This document shows positions 39,213 to 49,162 of a stretch of 64,000 nucleotides of DNA, piece by piece (positions within the stretch are counted from its first letter, which is position 1; each line of letters starts with the position of its first letter). The notes beneath the pieces were generated by a model that searched no databases, had not been told where the DNA came from, and saw only the letters and a list, made by a program, of their open reading frames with translations. The DNA lies in the NCBI GenBank assembly GCA_964636545.1, contig CAZWSR010000002.1, positions 1-64,000 of the forward strand. The letters run 5' to 3'. This DNA is from Candidatus Undinarchaeota archaeon. Lineage in GTDB: Archaea; Undinarchaeota; Undinarchaeia; Undinarchaeales; UBA543. A program made the position numbers and the translations under genes.

Positions 39213-39863
39213 GTGGAACACATAAAAATGCAATTTGTCTATTCAAAAGACAAATCTACAGACATTAGAAAAACAGTAGAAAAAATTTGTTCTGATTTTA
39301 GGACTCAGTGTTCTGAAAAAATAATTTCAGCAATTTCTTCTAGAGAAGAGGGTTTTTCAGATTTTATATTAGACAAAATAGTTTTTCAAACATCAACAAA
39401 ACAAGAGGCTCAGAACAAGTATACTGGAAAAATATTTTACTTAAGACCAATGGCACAACTAGATATTGAAAAATGGACGGTTTGGATAGGAGAACATGGA
39501 ATGCCGGCTGAAGATTTTGAGGAAATTGAGAGTTTTACAAATGATATTTATCTGAAATATGCTGAAAGTTCTGGTTTGCCTGATTTTTATATTCCTGCCT
39601 ACTTGTTTTTAATGTATTTTTTTAAAAAGACAAAAAATAGTGAGGAATTAAAAAAAGAGTTACTAAACAAAACAGCCCCATTTCTGGCCGCAGTTATAGA
39701 AGTTTCTGAGAAACAAACCACAGTGGAAGTAACTATAAAACCGAGAAATTCTTTTGAAAAAAGCGAATTATATCAGAAAGTATTGGGAGAATTTAGTGGA
39801 TTAGAACCAAAAAAATCAAAACAAATGAAAGCAGACAGATATCTAATACCACCAAAAAGATAG
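39213..39863 (+). CDS. Hypothetical protein
   Basis: 216-aa AT-rich ORF with no recognised motif. Confidence 0.6.
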   Translation: MEHIKMQFVYSKDKSTDIRKTVEKICSDFRTQCSEKIISAISSREEGFSDFILDKIVFQTSTKQEAQNKYTGKIFYLRPMAQLDIEKWTVWIGEHGMPAEDFEEIESFTNDIYLKYAESSGLPDFYIPAYLFLMYFFKKTKNSEELKKELLNKTAPFLAAVIEVSEKQTTVEVTIKPRNSFEKSELYQKVLGEFSGLEPKKSKQMKADRYLIPPKR

Positions 39864-39896
39864 AATATATATATACAATTTCAACAAATAATAATT

Positions 39897-40439
39897 GTGA
39901 ATATCAGAAAATATGTTGAAGCAGATTTTGGAGGAATTGAACAAGTAATCAAAGAAATTATTAGTACATATGTTTGGCCAGAAATATAGCCAGATGGGTG
40001 GGCTGAAGAAAGAATAAAAACAGAAATTAATGTAGAAGGTTACACAGATGCAATTTTTTTAGTTATTGAAGAAAAAGGGAGGATAACGGGATTTATTGTC
40101 GCGCATGATCTAGAAACATTTATAGATAAAGAGCTTTCTCATTTAAAAACTGAATTTATTTCTCAAAAACTCATCTCAGATGAAAAAGAGAAAGAACACA
40201 AAGAAACATTTTATCAACGACAGATAATTATAACACCAGAATTTCATGAAGGAAAAAGAGGGACAAAATTAGTTGAAGAAATAAAAAAACACGCCAGAGG
40301 AAAAGGGTATACACAATTAGTCACAAGAACACCAACAAGAAATGAGGTCGGAGCAACTTTTTTTAAAAGTTTAAATTACAAAGAAATTTTTAGTGAGAAT
40401 AACCCATCACGACGTTATTTTAAAATGAATTTAATTTAA
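39897..40439 (+). pseudogene. GNAT acetyltransferase interrupted by an in-frame TAG at codon 31
   Basis: Manual translation: MNIRKYVEADF...WPEI*PDGW...FLVIEEKGRITGFI...IIITPEFHEGKRGTKLV...NEVGATFFKSLNY. TAG at 39987-39989. Confidence 0.75.
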
Positions 40440-40442
40440 TTC

Positions 40443-40766
40443 TTAAGGAACAAAAGTAACGCCCCACGCCAATGCTATCATTATTGGAATGTATGTTTTT
40501 ATGTAAATTGCAAAGTGAGCATTTGATGGCGCATAAGTGCCAACAGTGAACCTAAACATCAACATACACAAAACAACTACTGCAAATGCGAGTATTGCAC
40601 TCATTCCAGCAAGTCCGTGCTTGACAGTCCTCATTATTGCTGACAAAAGTGTTACTAAAACAAAACCAAATAGTAAGTAGTGCTCAAAGCTGGTCATTCG
40701 GCTAGGCCGACTGACTGTCATTATGAACACTATTCCGAGAACAGTAGCCACAATAGGAAAAACCAT
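40443..40766 (-). CDS. Small hypothetical membrane protein (about 4 TM)
   Basis: Hydrophobic 107-aa ORF downstream of radA. Confidence 0.55.
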   Translation of the reverse strand: MVFPIVATVLGIVFIMTVSRPSRMTSFEHYLLFGFVLVTLLSAIMRTVKHGLAGMSAILAFAVVVLCMLMFRFTVGTYAPSNAHFAIYIKTYIPIMIALAWGVTFVP

Positions 40767-40861
40767 GCAAATTGGATCAAAGTGGCCTTTTGTGTTTTTG
40801 AAGATTTTTCTAATTATTTTAAAACACCTGTGCTAGATTGGTAGAGTTGTTCTATATATAC

Positions 40862-41992
40862 CTAATTGTCAACAATCCCATCGCCAGTAACCTTGAAAAT
40901 TGCTTCTCCTTCTGGCAGGTTTGGACTGTCAATCAGGCGCGCAATTCGTTTTCCACCTTTACTCTTTCTCAAGTAAATTCTGAAAGTTGCACTGTGACCT
41001 AAAATGTGTCCGCCTACTGGTTTTGTTGGGTCGCCAAAGAACATATCTGGTTTTGACATGACCTGGTTTGTAATATAAACAGTAGCATTGTAAACATCAG
41101 CTAATCTGTGCAAAGTGCTTAAGTGGCGATTGAGTTTCTGTTGCCTGCTTGCCAATGCACCACGACCAACATATTCTGATCTGAACAATGAAATTAAAGA
41201 GTCAACAATAACTAATTTAATTCCACCTTCTTGCAAATACTGCTCTGCTTGTTCTGCCATAAGCATCTGGTCATCAGAACTGTATGCTCGTGCAACCTTG
41301 ATGTTTTTGAGTGCATCTTCTGGATTCAAACCCATGTGTTCTGCCATTTGCATAACACGTTCTGGCCTGAAAGTATGCTCAGAATCAATATACAAACAAC
41401 CAGAATTTAAGCCTCCTTTGTCCTCAGGAAGTTGAACATTTACAGCTAGCTGCATTGCGATTTGTGATTTTCCAGAACCGAATTCTCCAAATGCTTCTGT
41501 GATTGCTTGTGTTTCAAGTCCGCCGCCAAGGAGCTTGTCAAATTCTTCAGAACCAGTTGTTAATCTGCCGATTGATTTGCGCTTCTCCATCAACTTGTCA
41601 GCTGTTTCAAAGCCCATATCACATTTGTCTTTTGCAAGTGTAATTATTTTTTTAGCTTTTGCTTCACTAATATCTGCTGCTGCAGAAAGATCCCCTGGTG
41701 CGCTAGTAGCTATTGATTTTGCATCGTGATAACCAGCTTCTTCAAGCTTTTTTGCAGTTGCTGGACCGATACCAGTAAGTGCTTCAAGACCCTCATCCTC
41801 TTCTTCGTCCTCGTCTTCTTCAGAATCTTCTTCAGAATCTTCTTCAGAATCTTCTTCAGAATCTTCTTTTGGGGTTTCCTCAGTTTCTGGTGTGGTCTCT
41901 TCGACTTTTTCTGCTTCCTCTTCTGGAGCTTCTTCAGTCTTTTGTTCTTCTTCGTTTTTTATCTCTTCATCTGTCATTTCTTTTTCCTCCAT
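40862..41992 (-). CDS. radA: DNA repair and recombination protein RadA with an acidic N-terminal extension
   Basis: Hh[39 protein letters not shown] and [10 protein letters not shown] motifs. Confidence 0.97.
   Translation of the reverse strand: MEEKEMTDEEIKNEEEQKTEEAPEEEAEKVEETTPETEETPKEDSEEDSEEDSEEDSEEDEDEEEDEGLEALTGIGPATAKKLEEAGYHDAKSIATSAPGDLSAAADISEAKAKKIITLAKDKCDMGFETADKLMEKRKSIGRLTTGSEEFDKLLGGGLETQAITEAFGEFGSGKSQIAMQLAVNVQLPEDKGGLNSGCLYIDSEHTFRPERVMQMAEHMGLNPEDALKNIKVARAYSSDDQMLMAEQAEQYLQEGGIKLVIVDSLISLFRSEYVGRGALASRQQKLNRHLSTLHRLADVYNATVYITNQVMSKPDMFFGDPTKPVGGHILGHSATFRIYLRKSKGGKRIARLIDSPNLPEGEAIFKVTGDGIVDN
41814..41868 (-). repeat. 12-bp tandem repeat (about 4.5 copies) encoding (SEED)n in the RadA N-terminus
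   Basis: TCTTCTTCAGAA x4 plus a partial copy on the + strand. Confidence 0.9.
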
Positions 41993-43305
41993 TATTTCAA
42001 TAAGTTTTCAGCTTCTTTAACCGGGTCAGGTGTACTGACCTTGAAAGCATTAAATTCTAGGCGTTCAAATTGTACATTGTTCTTCACCCGTCCTTCAAAT
42101 AAAATTTCTTTGCCTATAAGCTCATCTATCTTTGACTGTACAGATTCGGGTTTTGACTCAATTTCTTCTGGTTTCATGCCAAAGAGGGCCTCAGCTTGTT
42201 CTCGGAATAGTGAAACGCGAATTGAACCAGTACCGTCATCAACCATTGCATTTATGATTGTGAGTTTGTTTGGTTTAACATCTCCACAGTTCGGACACTG
42301 CCCTGTGATTTTTTTATTACAGGTTGGACACATGTCGTGTACGAAATTACTACCGTAAATATTAACAATCATTCCGCGGATTGTTTTGAAATTGTCTCCA
42401 TCTTGGAGCTCGTTGATTTTGACTTCTTGGCTTGCAGGAGTTTCTCCAAGTTCTGGCGCAGTTACTCCTTTTGGATCAATTGTGATTTTGGTTCCTTGGT
42501 TTGCTTGGATTTCAACACCGCGCTGACCTTCTTTTGTGAAACCATCTGTGACTTTGACGATTTTTCCAACTTCAAGTTTTTCAATTATGTCAGCTTGCTC
42601 ATTCCAGAGAACTAAACGAGTTCCGCCAGAATCGTCGCGGACAATTACATTTGCAACCTTTCCCTTGTTTCCGTTTTTGTCAAATTCACGAACTCCCCAA
42701 TTGTGGGTTATTCGACCAGCAATTGTTGCACTGACACCAGGAGTTAGGTCTGAGATTTTTGCAAGGAATTCTTCTGCTTTTTTTGGTAAATTAGTTGTGT
42801 CAACATCATCTGGATCTAAAACAAGCATTCCTTTGTTGCCAAGATTGACTTCGTAACCACCTTTCCAGCCCTCACGAACATATCCGTTTTTAACTTGAAC
42901 AACTGAGCCCGCTTTTATTTTGCCTTGCTCAATTTTTTCAATGTCTGAGGCGTTCCAGAGAACAATTCGTGTAGAGCCAGTTTCATCAAAGATTTCTACA
43001 TTGCAGACCTTGTTTTGCAGTCCTTTTTTAGTTGTGAATTCACGAGGAGTGGTGGTTGATTTCACGCGACCAAGGGTTGTAACTGCTCGCATTTCAGGCA
43101 TAATGTCCTTTATTTTGATTTGGGCTGTTTCAAGTACACGATTTTGTGTCTTTACCCCGAGTTCGTTAGCAATTATGTAAGCGGCGCCTTCTTCTGAAAC
43201 CAAACCAGAGAGCTCATGCTGCTTTTCTTTGATTCTCTGGCGAAGTTCGCCTTTAAGCATACCAGTTTTCTCAGAAACTGTTGCAATTAATTCTTCCATC
43301 CTCAT
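41992..43305 (-). CDS. rpa: Replication protein A (multiple OB folds plus Zn finger)
   Basis: [17 protein letters not shown]; DETG/DDSG/DDGTG OB-fold repeats; CPTC..CPNC. Confidence 0.9.
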   Translation of the reverse strand: MRMEELIATVSEKTGMLKGELRQRIKEKQHELSGLVSEEGAAYIIANELGVKTQNRVLETAQIKIKDIMPEMRAVTTLGRVKSTTTPREFTTKKGLQNKVCNVEIFDETGSTRIVLWNASDIEKIEQGKIKAGSVVQVKNGYVREGWKGGYEVNLGNKGMLVLDPDDVDTTNLPKKAEEFLAKISDLTPGVSATIAGRITHNWGVREFDKNGNKGKVANVIVRDDSGGTRLVLWNEQADIIEKLEVGKIVKVTDGFTKEGQRGVEIQANQGTKITIDPKGVTAPELGETPASQEVKINELQDGDNFKTIRGMIVNIYGSNFVHDMCPTCNKKITGQCPNCGDVKPNKLTIINAMVDDGTGSIRVSLFREQAEALFGMKPEEIESKPESVQSKIDELIGKEILFEGRVKNNVQFERLEFNAFKVSTPDPVKEAENLLK

Positions 43306-43451
43306 CTCAGTAAGTCGAGTAGAGGTTGATGGTTTATATGTTTTGGCAAACTTTAGCTGGTTGTAGTGGCGAATGTCACTGGTTTTATAAATGAAAACAA
43401 GATTTAAGATTTCCGTTACCTTAATAAAACAACAGAGCTATAGAAAAACTA

Positions 43452-44234
43452 ATGAGAAAAACTATTGAGGCAGCTCTTTTCATAAGTGGGAGGCCAATGA
43501 GTATTCATGAACTAGCAGCAATTTCAACTACTAGTTCTTTGGAGAAGGTCAAAACAGAGTTGCTGAATTTGAAGCAGGAATACAATGCACGGGAGTCACC
43601 GATTAGAATTTCTGAATTAGAAGACGGACGCTTCAAAATGGATTTGCGTGGTGAGTATTTGGGAAGTGTGCGGGCACTGGCGCCGCATATGGATATGAAG
43701 CGCGCGGTTGTTACTGTTCTTTCACATATTGCTTTGAAACAAGTTGTTACGCAAAGTGAACTTGTGCATAAATTTGGTAATCGAATTTATGAGTATGTTA
43801 AAGATTTAGAAAAACGAGGACTTGTGAGGACAGAACCGTACAGACATACTAAGAAAATTATCACAACTAAGAAATTATATGCACTTTTGGGTGAAGAAGA
43901 TTCTGGAAATGTTAAAGCTCAATTGGAAAGTGCAAAAGCTGAGATTACTGCTGAGAAACAGGCTAGGATGGATGAGCTCAAACCAGAGTACAAGACCAGG
44001 AGAAGGAAAAAGAAGAATGCATTGCCTGACCGCGATTTGACACCAGAAGATTGGATGAAGAGAATTAAGACAGATGATGCAAAAACTTTGTCAAATCAAA
44101 TGGCACAGTTTGAGAAAAAATCCAGTAAGAAAGAAAGTTTAGAAGATGATTATATGGAAGTTTTTGAATTGAAAGGCGGTGGGGACGAAGACGAGAAGAA
44201 AGAAGAAGTAAAAGAAGAAACAGACGCAGAATAA
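43452..44234 (+). CDS. scpB: SMC-Scp complex subunit ScpB
   Basis: IEAALFISGRP, LSHIALKQ.VTQSEL and YEYVKDL..RGL patterns. Confidence 0.85.
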   Translation: MRKTIEAALFISGRPMSIHELAAISTTSSLEKVKTELLNLKQEYNARESPIRISELEDGRFKMDLRGEYLGSVRALAPHMDMKRAVVTVLSHIALKQVVTQSELVHKFGNRIYEYVKDLEKRGLVRTEPYRHTKKIITTKKLYALLGEEDSGNVKAQLESAKAEITAEKQARMDELKPEYKTRRRKKKNALPDRDLTPEDWMKRIKTDDAKTLSNQMAQFEKKSSKKESLEDDYMEVFELKGGGDEDEKKEEVKEETDAE

Positions 44235-44939
44235 TTATTTCTTAAAACTTAGAAGATCGCGGATTTTTTGCGGTATACGAGTTGGTTCAGTTTTAATATC
44301 TTTAACTCGAATATCTGTTTTCAAACTGTAAACACAGAAAAGAACCTGAGATACTACTGGCCTCTTTTTACTCTCCTTCAAATAATAATCAAACACATAA
44401 GAACGAATAAGCTTTTCTTGATTAAGATAATCCATAAGTTCTAAGAATTCTCGAGAGTTTTGATTAAAATTACCAACTTTTGTAGATATTGTTTGGAAGT
44501 CATCTGGACCGCCAACACGATGAGGACATACTTGAAAATCAGGATCATGCACTGCGGAAAGAATAGACTCAACAAAATAGCCCTCCTTTTGAGTAAACAA
44601 AAAGAAAATATCAAAATCTTTCATATGAAATTTTTCAGGGTCTGATAAGACTATTTTATAGATTTTCTTTCGGAGATCCATATGATCAAACGGTGTTTCA
44701 TCGCGCCCTTCCCTGAAATAAGGAATAATTAAACCAATTTTTTCAGGTTTGATGTTGGTTTTTTTAAACCATCTAAATAATTTTCGATCTGAATACTTAC
44801 ATAACATGTGCTCCAGATGTAAAATTCCTATTTTTTCACCACCAACAAAAATATCACATTCCCAACCTTGTGAGTATAATCTAATTTTTCCGCTCTTCTC
44901 TAAGATTTCTCTCAGTTCACTAAAGGTAATTTTTGTCAT
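44235..44939 (-). CDS. Hypothetical protein
   Basis: 234-aa ORF with no recognised motif. Confidence 0.6.
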   Translation of the reverse strand: MTKITFSELREILEKSGKIRLYSQGWECDIFVGGEKIGILHLEHMLCKYSDRKLFRWFKKTNIKPEKIGLIIPYFREGRDETPFDHMDLRKKIYKIVLSDPEKFHMKDFDIFFLFTQKEGYFVESILSAVHDPDFQVCPHRVGGPDDFQTISTKVGNFNQNSREFLELMDYLNQEKLIRSYVFDYYLKESKKRPVVSQVLFCVYSLKTDIRVKDIKTEPTRIPQKIRDLLSFKK

Positions 44940-44991
44940 TAAAACTACTTGTTCTTAAAACTATAAAAACACTCCAAACTACTATTTTCTT

Positions 44992-46641
44992 GTGAAAAAA
45001 CAAATAACATCGCTGGACTTGTTTTATCTTGTTAAGGAAATGCAGGAACTAGTTAGTGCTAGAGTTCAGAAAGTTTACATGATTGGAGATGTTGTTTACC
45101 TTGTTGTTTATGGAAATAACAAAAAACAGACACTTGTTCTGGCTCCAAATAAAATGATTGTTACAGAATATGAGCACGATTACCCAAAACAGCCACCAAT
45201 GTTCTGTATGTTACTGCGGAAGCATTTAGTGAACAAGCGGATTTTGAGTATTAAGCAACACGAATTTGAAAGAATTGTTGAAATTGAATTTGCTGACCGT
45301 GTGCTAATTGTTGAACTGTTCTCTGAAGGGAATGTTGTCCTTGTTGATAAAAATATTCAAGAAATTATTCATCCACTGAAAGTACAGAGATGGAAAACAC
45401 GTGAAATTATTTCAAGACAACCTTACGAGTATCCGCCTGCTGGCTTGAATACAGTTGAAGTTGAAAAAGAGAAGTTTTTGGAGATTTTGAAAGCATCAGA
45501 CAAAGATATTGTGCGAACTCTTGCTACAAAGTTTTCGCTTGGCGGACATTATGCTGAAGAGGTTTTGTTCCGAGCCGATATTGAGAAAGGTTATCTTGCA
45601 AGTGAACTTTCAGCTGCTGCGCTTGGTCGCGTTTATGATAGATTGAAAGAATTATTTACGCAAGAACCAAAGCCACAATATTATGGAGCTAAGGCAATGA
45701 TTGCTCCATTTGAAATAAAGAACACTGAGCTAAAACCAAAACCATTCAAGACATTTTCACATGCTTGTGATGAATTTTTTGCAGAAGTTGTTGTGAAACG
45801 GAGTGAACACGATAGATTACAGAGAATGTTGGATGACCAGCAAGGAACATTGAAAGAGCTGGCAAAAGTTGTTGTTGATTCAAAAAAAGAAGGGGATTTG
45901 TTGTCGCAGAAACAAGAATTTGATAATGCAAACAAGGCGTATATGAAATCAAAAAAAGCAAAAAAGAAAATCAAGGGATTGAAAGAAGCTATTGAAAGAA
46001 CAAAGAAGGCAATTGCAAAGAAGCCAGTTGTTGTGCAGGCACCGAAAAAGAAAGAAGTTGTTGTGAAGCAGTGGTTTGAGAAATTCCGGTGGTTTAAGTC
46101 AAGTGAGGGGTTCTTGGTAGTTGGTGGGAAGGACGCAACCACAAATGAGATTATTGTTAAAAAACACGCAGAAAAGGGCGACATTGTGTTCCATGCAGAA
46201 ATTGTTGGAGCACCATTCTGTGTTATTAAAAGTGAAGGAAAATCAATTCCTCAAAAAACAATTATTGAAGCTGGCCAGTTTGCTGCAGCTTACTCCAAAG
46301 CTTGGCAACAGGGACTTGGAACAGTTAATGTTTATTGGGTTAATCCAGATCAATTGTCAAAAGAAAAGGGTTTGCCAAAAGGTGCGTTTATGGTGCACGG
46401 AAAGCACAATTATATTCAAAATGTTCCGCTTGAGCTTGGTTTTGGAATTGGGGAGGACAAGGAATTATTGCACGGGCCACTGTTGACTATTCAGAAAATG
46501 ACTAAGAGATTTGTAAAGGTTGGCCCAGGGAGAATTAAAGCAGGCGAACTTGCAAAGAAAATTAAAAATAAACTGAAATATGAAGGTAATGTTGATAATA
46601 TTCAGAGGTTTATTCCTTCTGGAAAAGGTAGTTTGAAATAA
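44992..46641 (+). CDS. rqcH: Ribosome quality control factor Rqc2/RqcH (NFACT, FbpA-like)
   Basis: PPMFCMLLRKHL, ELF.EGN and WFEKFRWF.SSEG.LVVGGKDATTNE motifs. Confidence 0.92.
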   Translation: MKKQITSLDLFYLVKEMQELVSARVQKVYMIGDVVYLVVYGNNKKQTLVLAPNKMIVTEYEHDYPKQPPMFCMLLRKHLVNKRILSIKQHEFERIVEIEFADRVLIVELFSEGNVVLVDKNIQEIIHPLKVQRWKTREIISRQPYEYPPAGLNTVEVEKEKFLEILKASDKDIVRTLATKFSLGGHYAEEVLFRADIEKGYLASELSAAALGRVYDRLKELFTQEPKPQYYGAKAMIAPFEIKNTELKPKPFKTFSHACDEFFAEVVVKRSEHDRLQRMLDDQQGTLKELAKVVVDSKKEGDLLSQKQEFDNANKAYMKSKKAKKKIKGLKEAIERTKKAIAKKPVVVQAPKKKEVVVKQWFEKFRWFKSSEGFLVVGGKDATTNEIIVKKHAEKGDIVFHAEIVGAPFCVIKSEGKSIPQKTIIEAGQFAAAYSKAWQQGLGTVNVYWVNPDQLSKEKGLPKGAFMVHGKHNYIQNVPLELGFGIGEDKELLHGPLLTIQKMTKRFVKVGPGRIKAGELAKKIKNKLKYEGNVDNIQRFIPSGKGSLK

Positions 46642-46644
46642 AGT

Positions 46645-47382
46645 TTACGTTGGCATACGATACACAGATTCAACTTTCGAGCTCTTCCCGCATTTTGGAC
46701 ATTTTGGTTTGTCTGTGTGTATTTTTGGTTTTTTGGCATTAAACTTTTTTTTGCAACCCTTGCAGTTCCACATTGACAAAAATTGATCTTGGGAAGCTAA
46801 TCCCCTTTTTGTTCTACCAAAACCAGCTTTACTACTACCACTTCGTTTTACAGGTTTAAGTGGTTCTTCATCAACAGATGGATGAGTGGGTGAGTGGTCT
46901 TTCTTTCTTATTTCCACTTTACCTTTGTTTTTGATTGGGTGTTCTCCTTTTAGTTCATCATATTTTGTTTTGGAAATTTTATCAAAATTTAGGTCATTTA
47001 ACTGATTAAGGAAAGAACGGAAAGAATCTGTTTTTTTGAAAGCGGCATTCTTTGTTTCTAATTTTAGTGCGAGAAAGCCTCCAGTTAAGATCTCAAAAGT
47101 AAATGCTGCGCCTATTTTTAATATACCACTGTGAACAAAACCAATTTCCCCATTGAAAAAACTACCCTTCCCCTCGTCTTGTTTCAAAAAGAAATGGTCT
47201 TTATCCGCTGATTGTACAAGTTCTTGATCTATGTTTTTCTGTTGCGCATTAATGTTGTCCCTAAAAAGTGCAAGTCTGTGTTTTTTAAATAATCCTTTAT
47301 AGAAAAAGTAAAGAGTGTCTGGCACTGGCGCTATCTTTTTTGATTTCTGTGTCGTCTTTTTCTTCTTTTTTTCTTTCCCCAT
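46645..47382 (-). CDS. Hypothetical basic protein with a C-terminal Zn ribbon
   Basis: CKGC...CPKCG near the C-terminus. Confidence 0.6.
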   Translation of the reverse strand: MGKEKKKKKTTQKSKKIAPVPDTLYFFYKGLFKKHRLALFRDNINAQQKNIDQELVQSADKDHFFLKQDEGKGSFFNGEIGFVHSGILKIGAAFTFEILTGGFLALKLETKNAAFKKTDSFRSFLNQLNDLNFDKISKTKYDELKGEHPIKNKGKVEIRKKDHSPTHPSVDEEPLKPVKRSGSSKAGFGRTKRGLASQDQFLSMWNCKGCKKKFNAKKPKIHTDKPKCPKCGKSSKVESVYRMPT

Positions 47383-47428
47383 ATCAAAAACTATAGATTA
47401 GCTTATTTAAAACAATTGTGTTGAATGC

Positions 47429-48616
47429 TTAGAAGGCGTCTTCTTCTTCAGGCTCGTATTTGAAGAACAATTTCAGTAATGCAGGTGATAAAAAGAGCGT
47501 AATTACCATTGAAATGATTGTTACAGGAATTAATATTCCATTCACAAACAGGGTTGCACTGGCGCCAGAACCAAGAACTTGCGCAGCAATTACTAAAATA
47601 AGCAATTGTTCTCCACCACGAGTCATCATACCAACACTTGCACCCAAGCTGTGCCTAAATGAAACCCCACCAAGCATTGCACCAAGCAAGTTCCCAAGGA
47701 ATTTTGCACCAAGTCCAACAAGAATGAGGAGCCAGATAATTGAAGATATTTTGAACATACTAGGATCAATTGACAAACCCATCCATGCAAAGAATAGTGG
47801 TGAGAAAACTCCGTACGTGAAAGATGCGATTTTTGGAGAAAAGCTTCCTGTTTTCAGATATGGTGAATATGCGAGAGCGATTCCTGCGAAAAACGCTCCG
47901 ACAACTGCAGCGAAACCGAGAACATCAGCAACATATGCTAAGAAAAGTATGAGAACGAAACCAATTGCAAACTGCGCTTCTTCAGAACGCATATGCTCAC
48001 TGTAGCGGATAATGTATGGTGAAATAAATTCCATTGCAATGAAAATTCCAAAGAAGAGGAGGATTTTTCCAATTCCAATTGCATATTGTGCAGGCCCGGT
48101 TGCACCAATTAAAGCAACAGTAAATGCAAGAATTGTGTAAAAGATAAAGTCCTCAATAACAGTTGCACTGATTATAACTTCAGAAACTTTTGAGCGAAGG
48201 CGCTTCAAACTGACAATTGTTTTAATGGTATTTGGAGTAGACTCGCCACCCATAATGAGTGCAAAGAAAATTGCATGAACAATGCCAAGACCAATGCTTT
48301 TGAAAATGAAATAAGACGGAACTAAGACAAAGATAAACCCAAATGTTGTTAGGAGAACTCCACTTTTCCCACCCTGCTTCATTTTCTCTATGCTGAAATT
48401 AAATCCAACAAGGAATAGTAAAAGGATGATTCCAAGAAGTGCAAGTTGCTCAAGTGATCCAGCTGTTATGAGTTTGAGCATTGCTGTCCCAAGAACAACT
48501 CCTGCTAGAATTTCGCCAAGAAGAGCAGGCATTCCGAATCTTTCAAAAACTTCTCCGAAAATTTTGGCAAGTAGAAGTAAAAGAATAAGTGCTGGAAGAA
48601 ATGTCAAGAGTTCCAT
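47429..48616 (-). CDS. Cation:proton antiporter (CPA2, NapA/KefB-like)
   Basis: GEILAGVVLG, VIED, GAFFAG, PLFF and RGGE motifs; about 12 TM segments. Confidence 0.9.
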   Translation of the reverse strand: MELLTFLPALILLLLLAKIFGEVFERFGMPALLGEILAGVVLGTAMLKLITAGSLEQLALLGIILLLFLVGFNFSIEKMKQGGKSGVLLTTFGFIFVLVPSYFIFKSIGLGIVHAIFFALIMGGESTPNTIKTIVSLKRLRSKVSEVIISATVIEDFIFYTILAFTVALIGATGPAQYAIGIGKILLFFGIFIAMEFISPYIIRYSEHMRSEEAQFAIGFVLILFLAYVADVLGFAAVVGAFFAGIALAYSPYLKTGSFSPKIASFTYGVFSPLFFAWMGLSIDPSMFKISSIIWLLILVGLGAKFLGNLLGAMLGGVSFRHSLGASVGMMTRGGEQLLILVIAAQVLGSGASATLFVNGILIPVTIISMVITLFLSPALLKLFFKYEPEEEDAF

Positions 48617-49086
48617 TATTTCTTATTCTTCCCCCTTTTTTTATTGTGTTTGAAAATTTCATCAAGGATTTCAAACTCAGTTATCATTCCAACAAGCTTG
48701 CTAGATTTAAGAACAGGAATCGCATCAATGTTGTGTTTGAACATTAAACTTACGACTGAACGGATAGTGGTTTCTGGTGTAACCGTTATTTCGTGTCTGT
48801 GCATAAGGTCTTTGGCAGTTTCAGCAAAATAACCCATGTCAACAATTCTGCCAAAAAGTCCAGTCACTTCATTCCATGAAACATCTTTTGGATCAATTAA
48901 TAATTTGAGAAGGTCTTGTTGGTGAATGTCCCCAACAAAATCACCATTTTTATCAGTAACTGCAATTGCATCTGTAGAATCATCTTCAAACACAGTTATA
49001 ACATCAGAGATTTTGGCATCCGCGTGCACGCTTTCAAGTTTTCGCATAAGATCTTTAACCTTGAGCTTTGCAATATGCTGCATCAT
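48616..49086 (-). CDS. CBS-domain pair protein (likely antiporter regulator)
   Basis: VKDLM and IPV...KLVGMITE patterns; abuts the antiporter. Confidence 0.85.
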   Translation of the reverse strand: MMQHIAKLKVKDLMRKLESVHADAKISDVITVFEDDSTDAIAVTDKNGDFVGDIHQQDLLKLLIDPKDVSWNEVTGLFGRIVDMGYFAETAKDLMHRHEITVTPETTIRSVVSLMFKHNIDAIPVLKSSKLVGMITEFEILDEIFKHNKKRGKNKK

Positions 49087-49162
49087 AAATTCGGGTAAGT
49101 TCTGATAGTATTTAAGTGTTAAACAAAATAATAAATAGAACAACGCCTACCAAATTGTTCTA

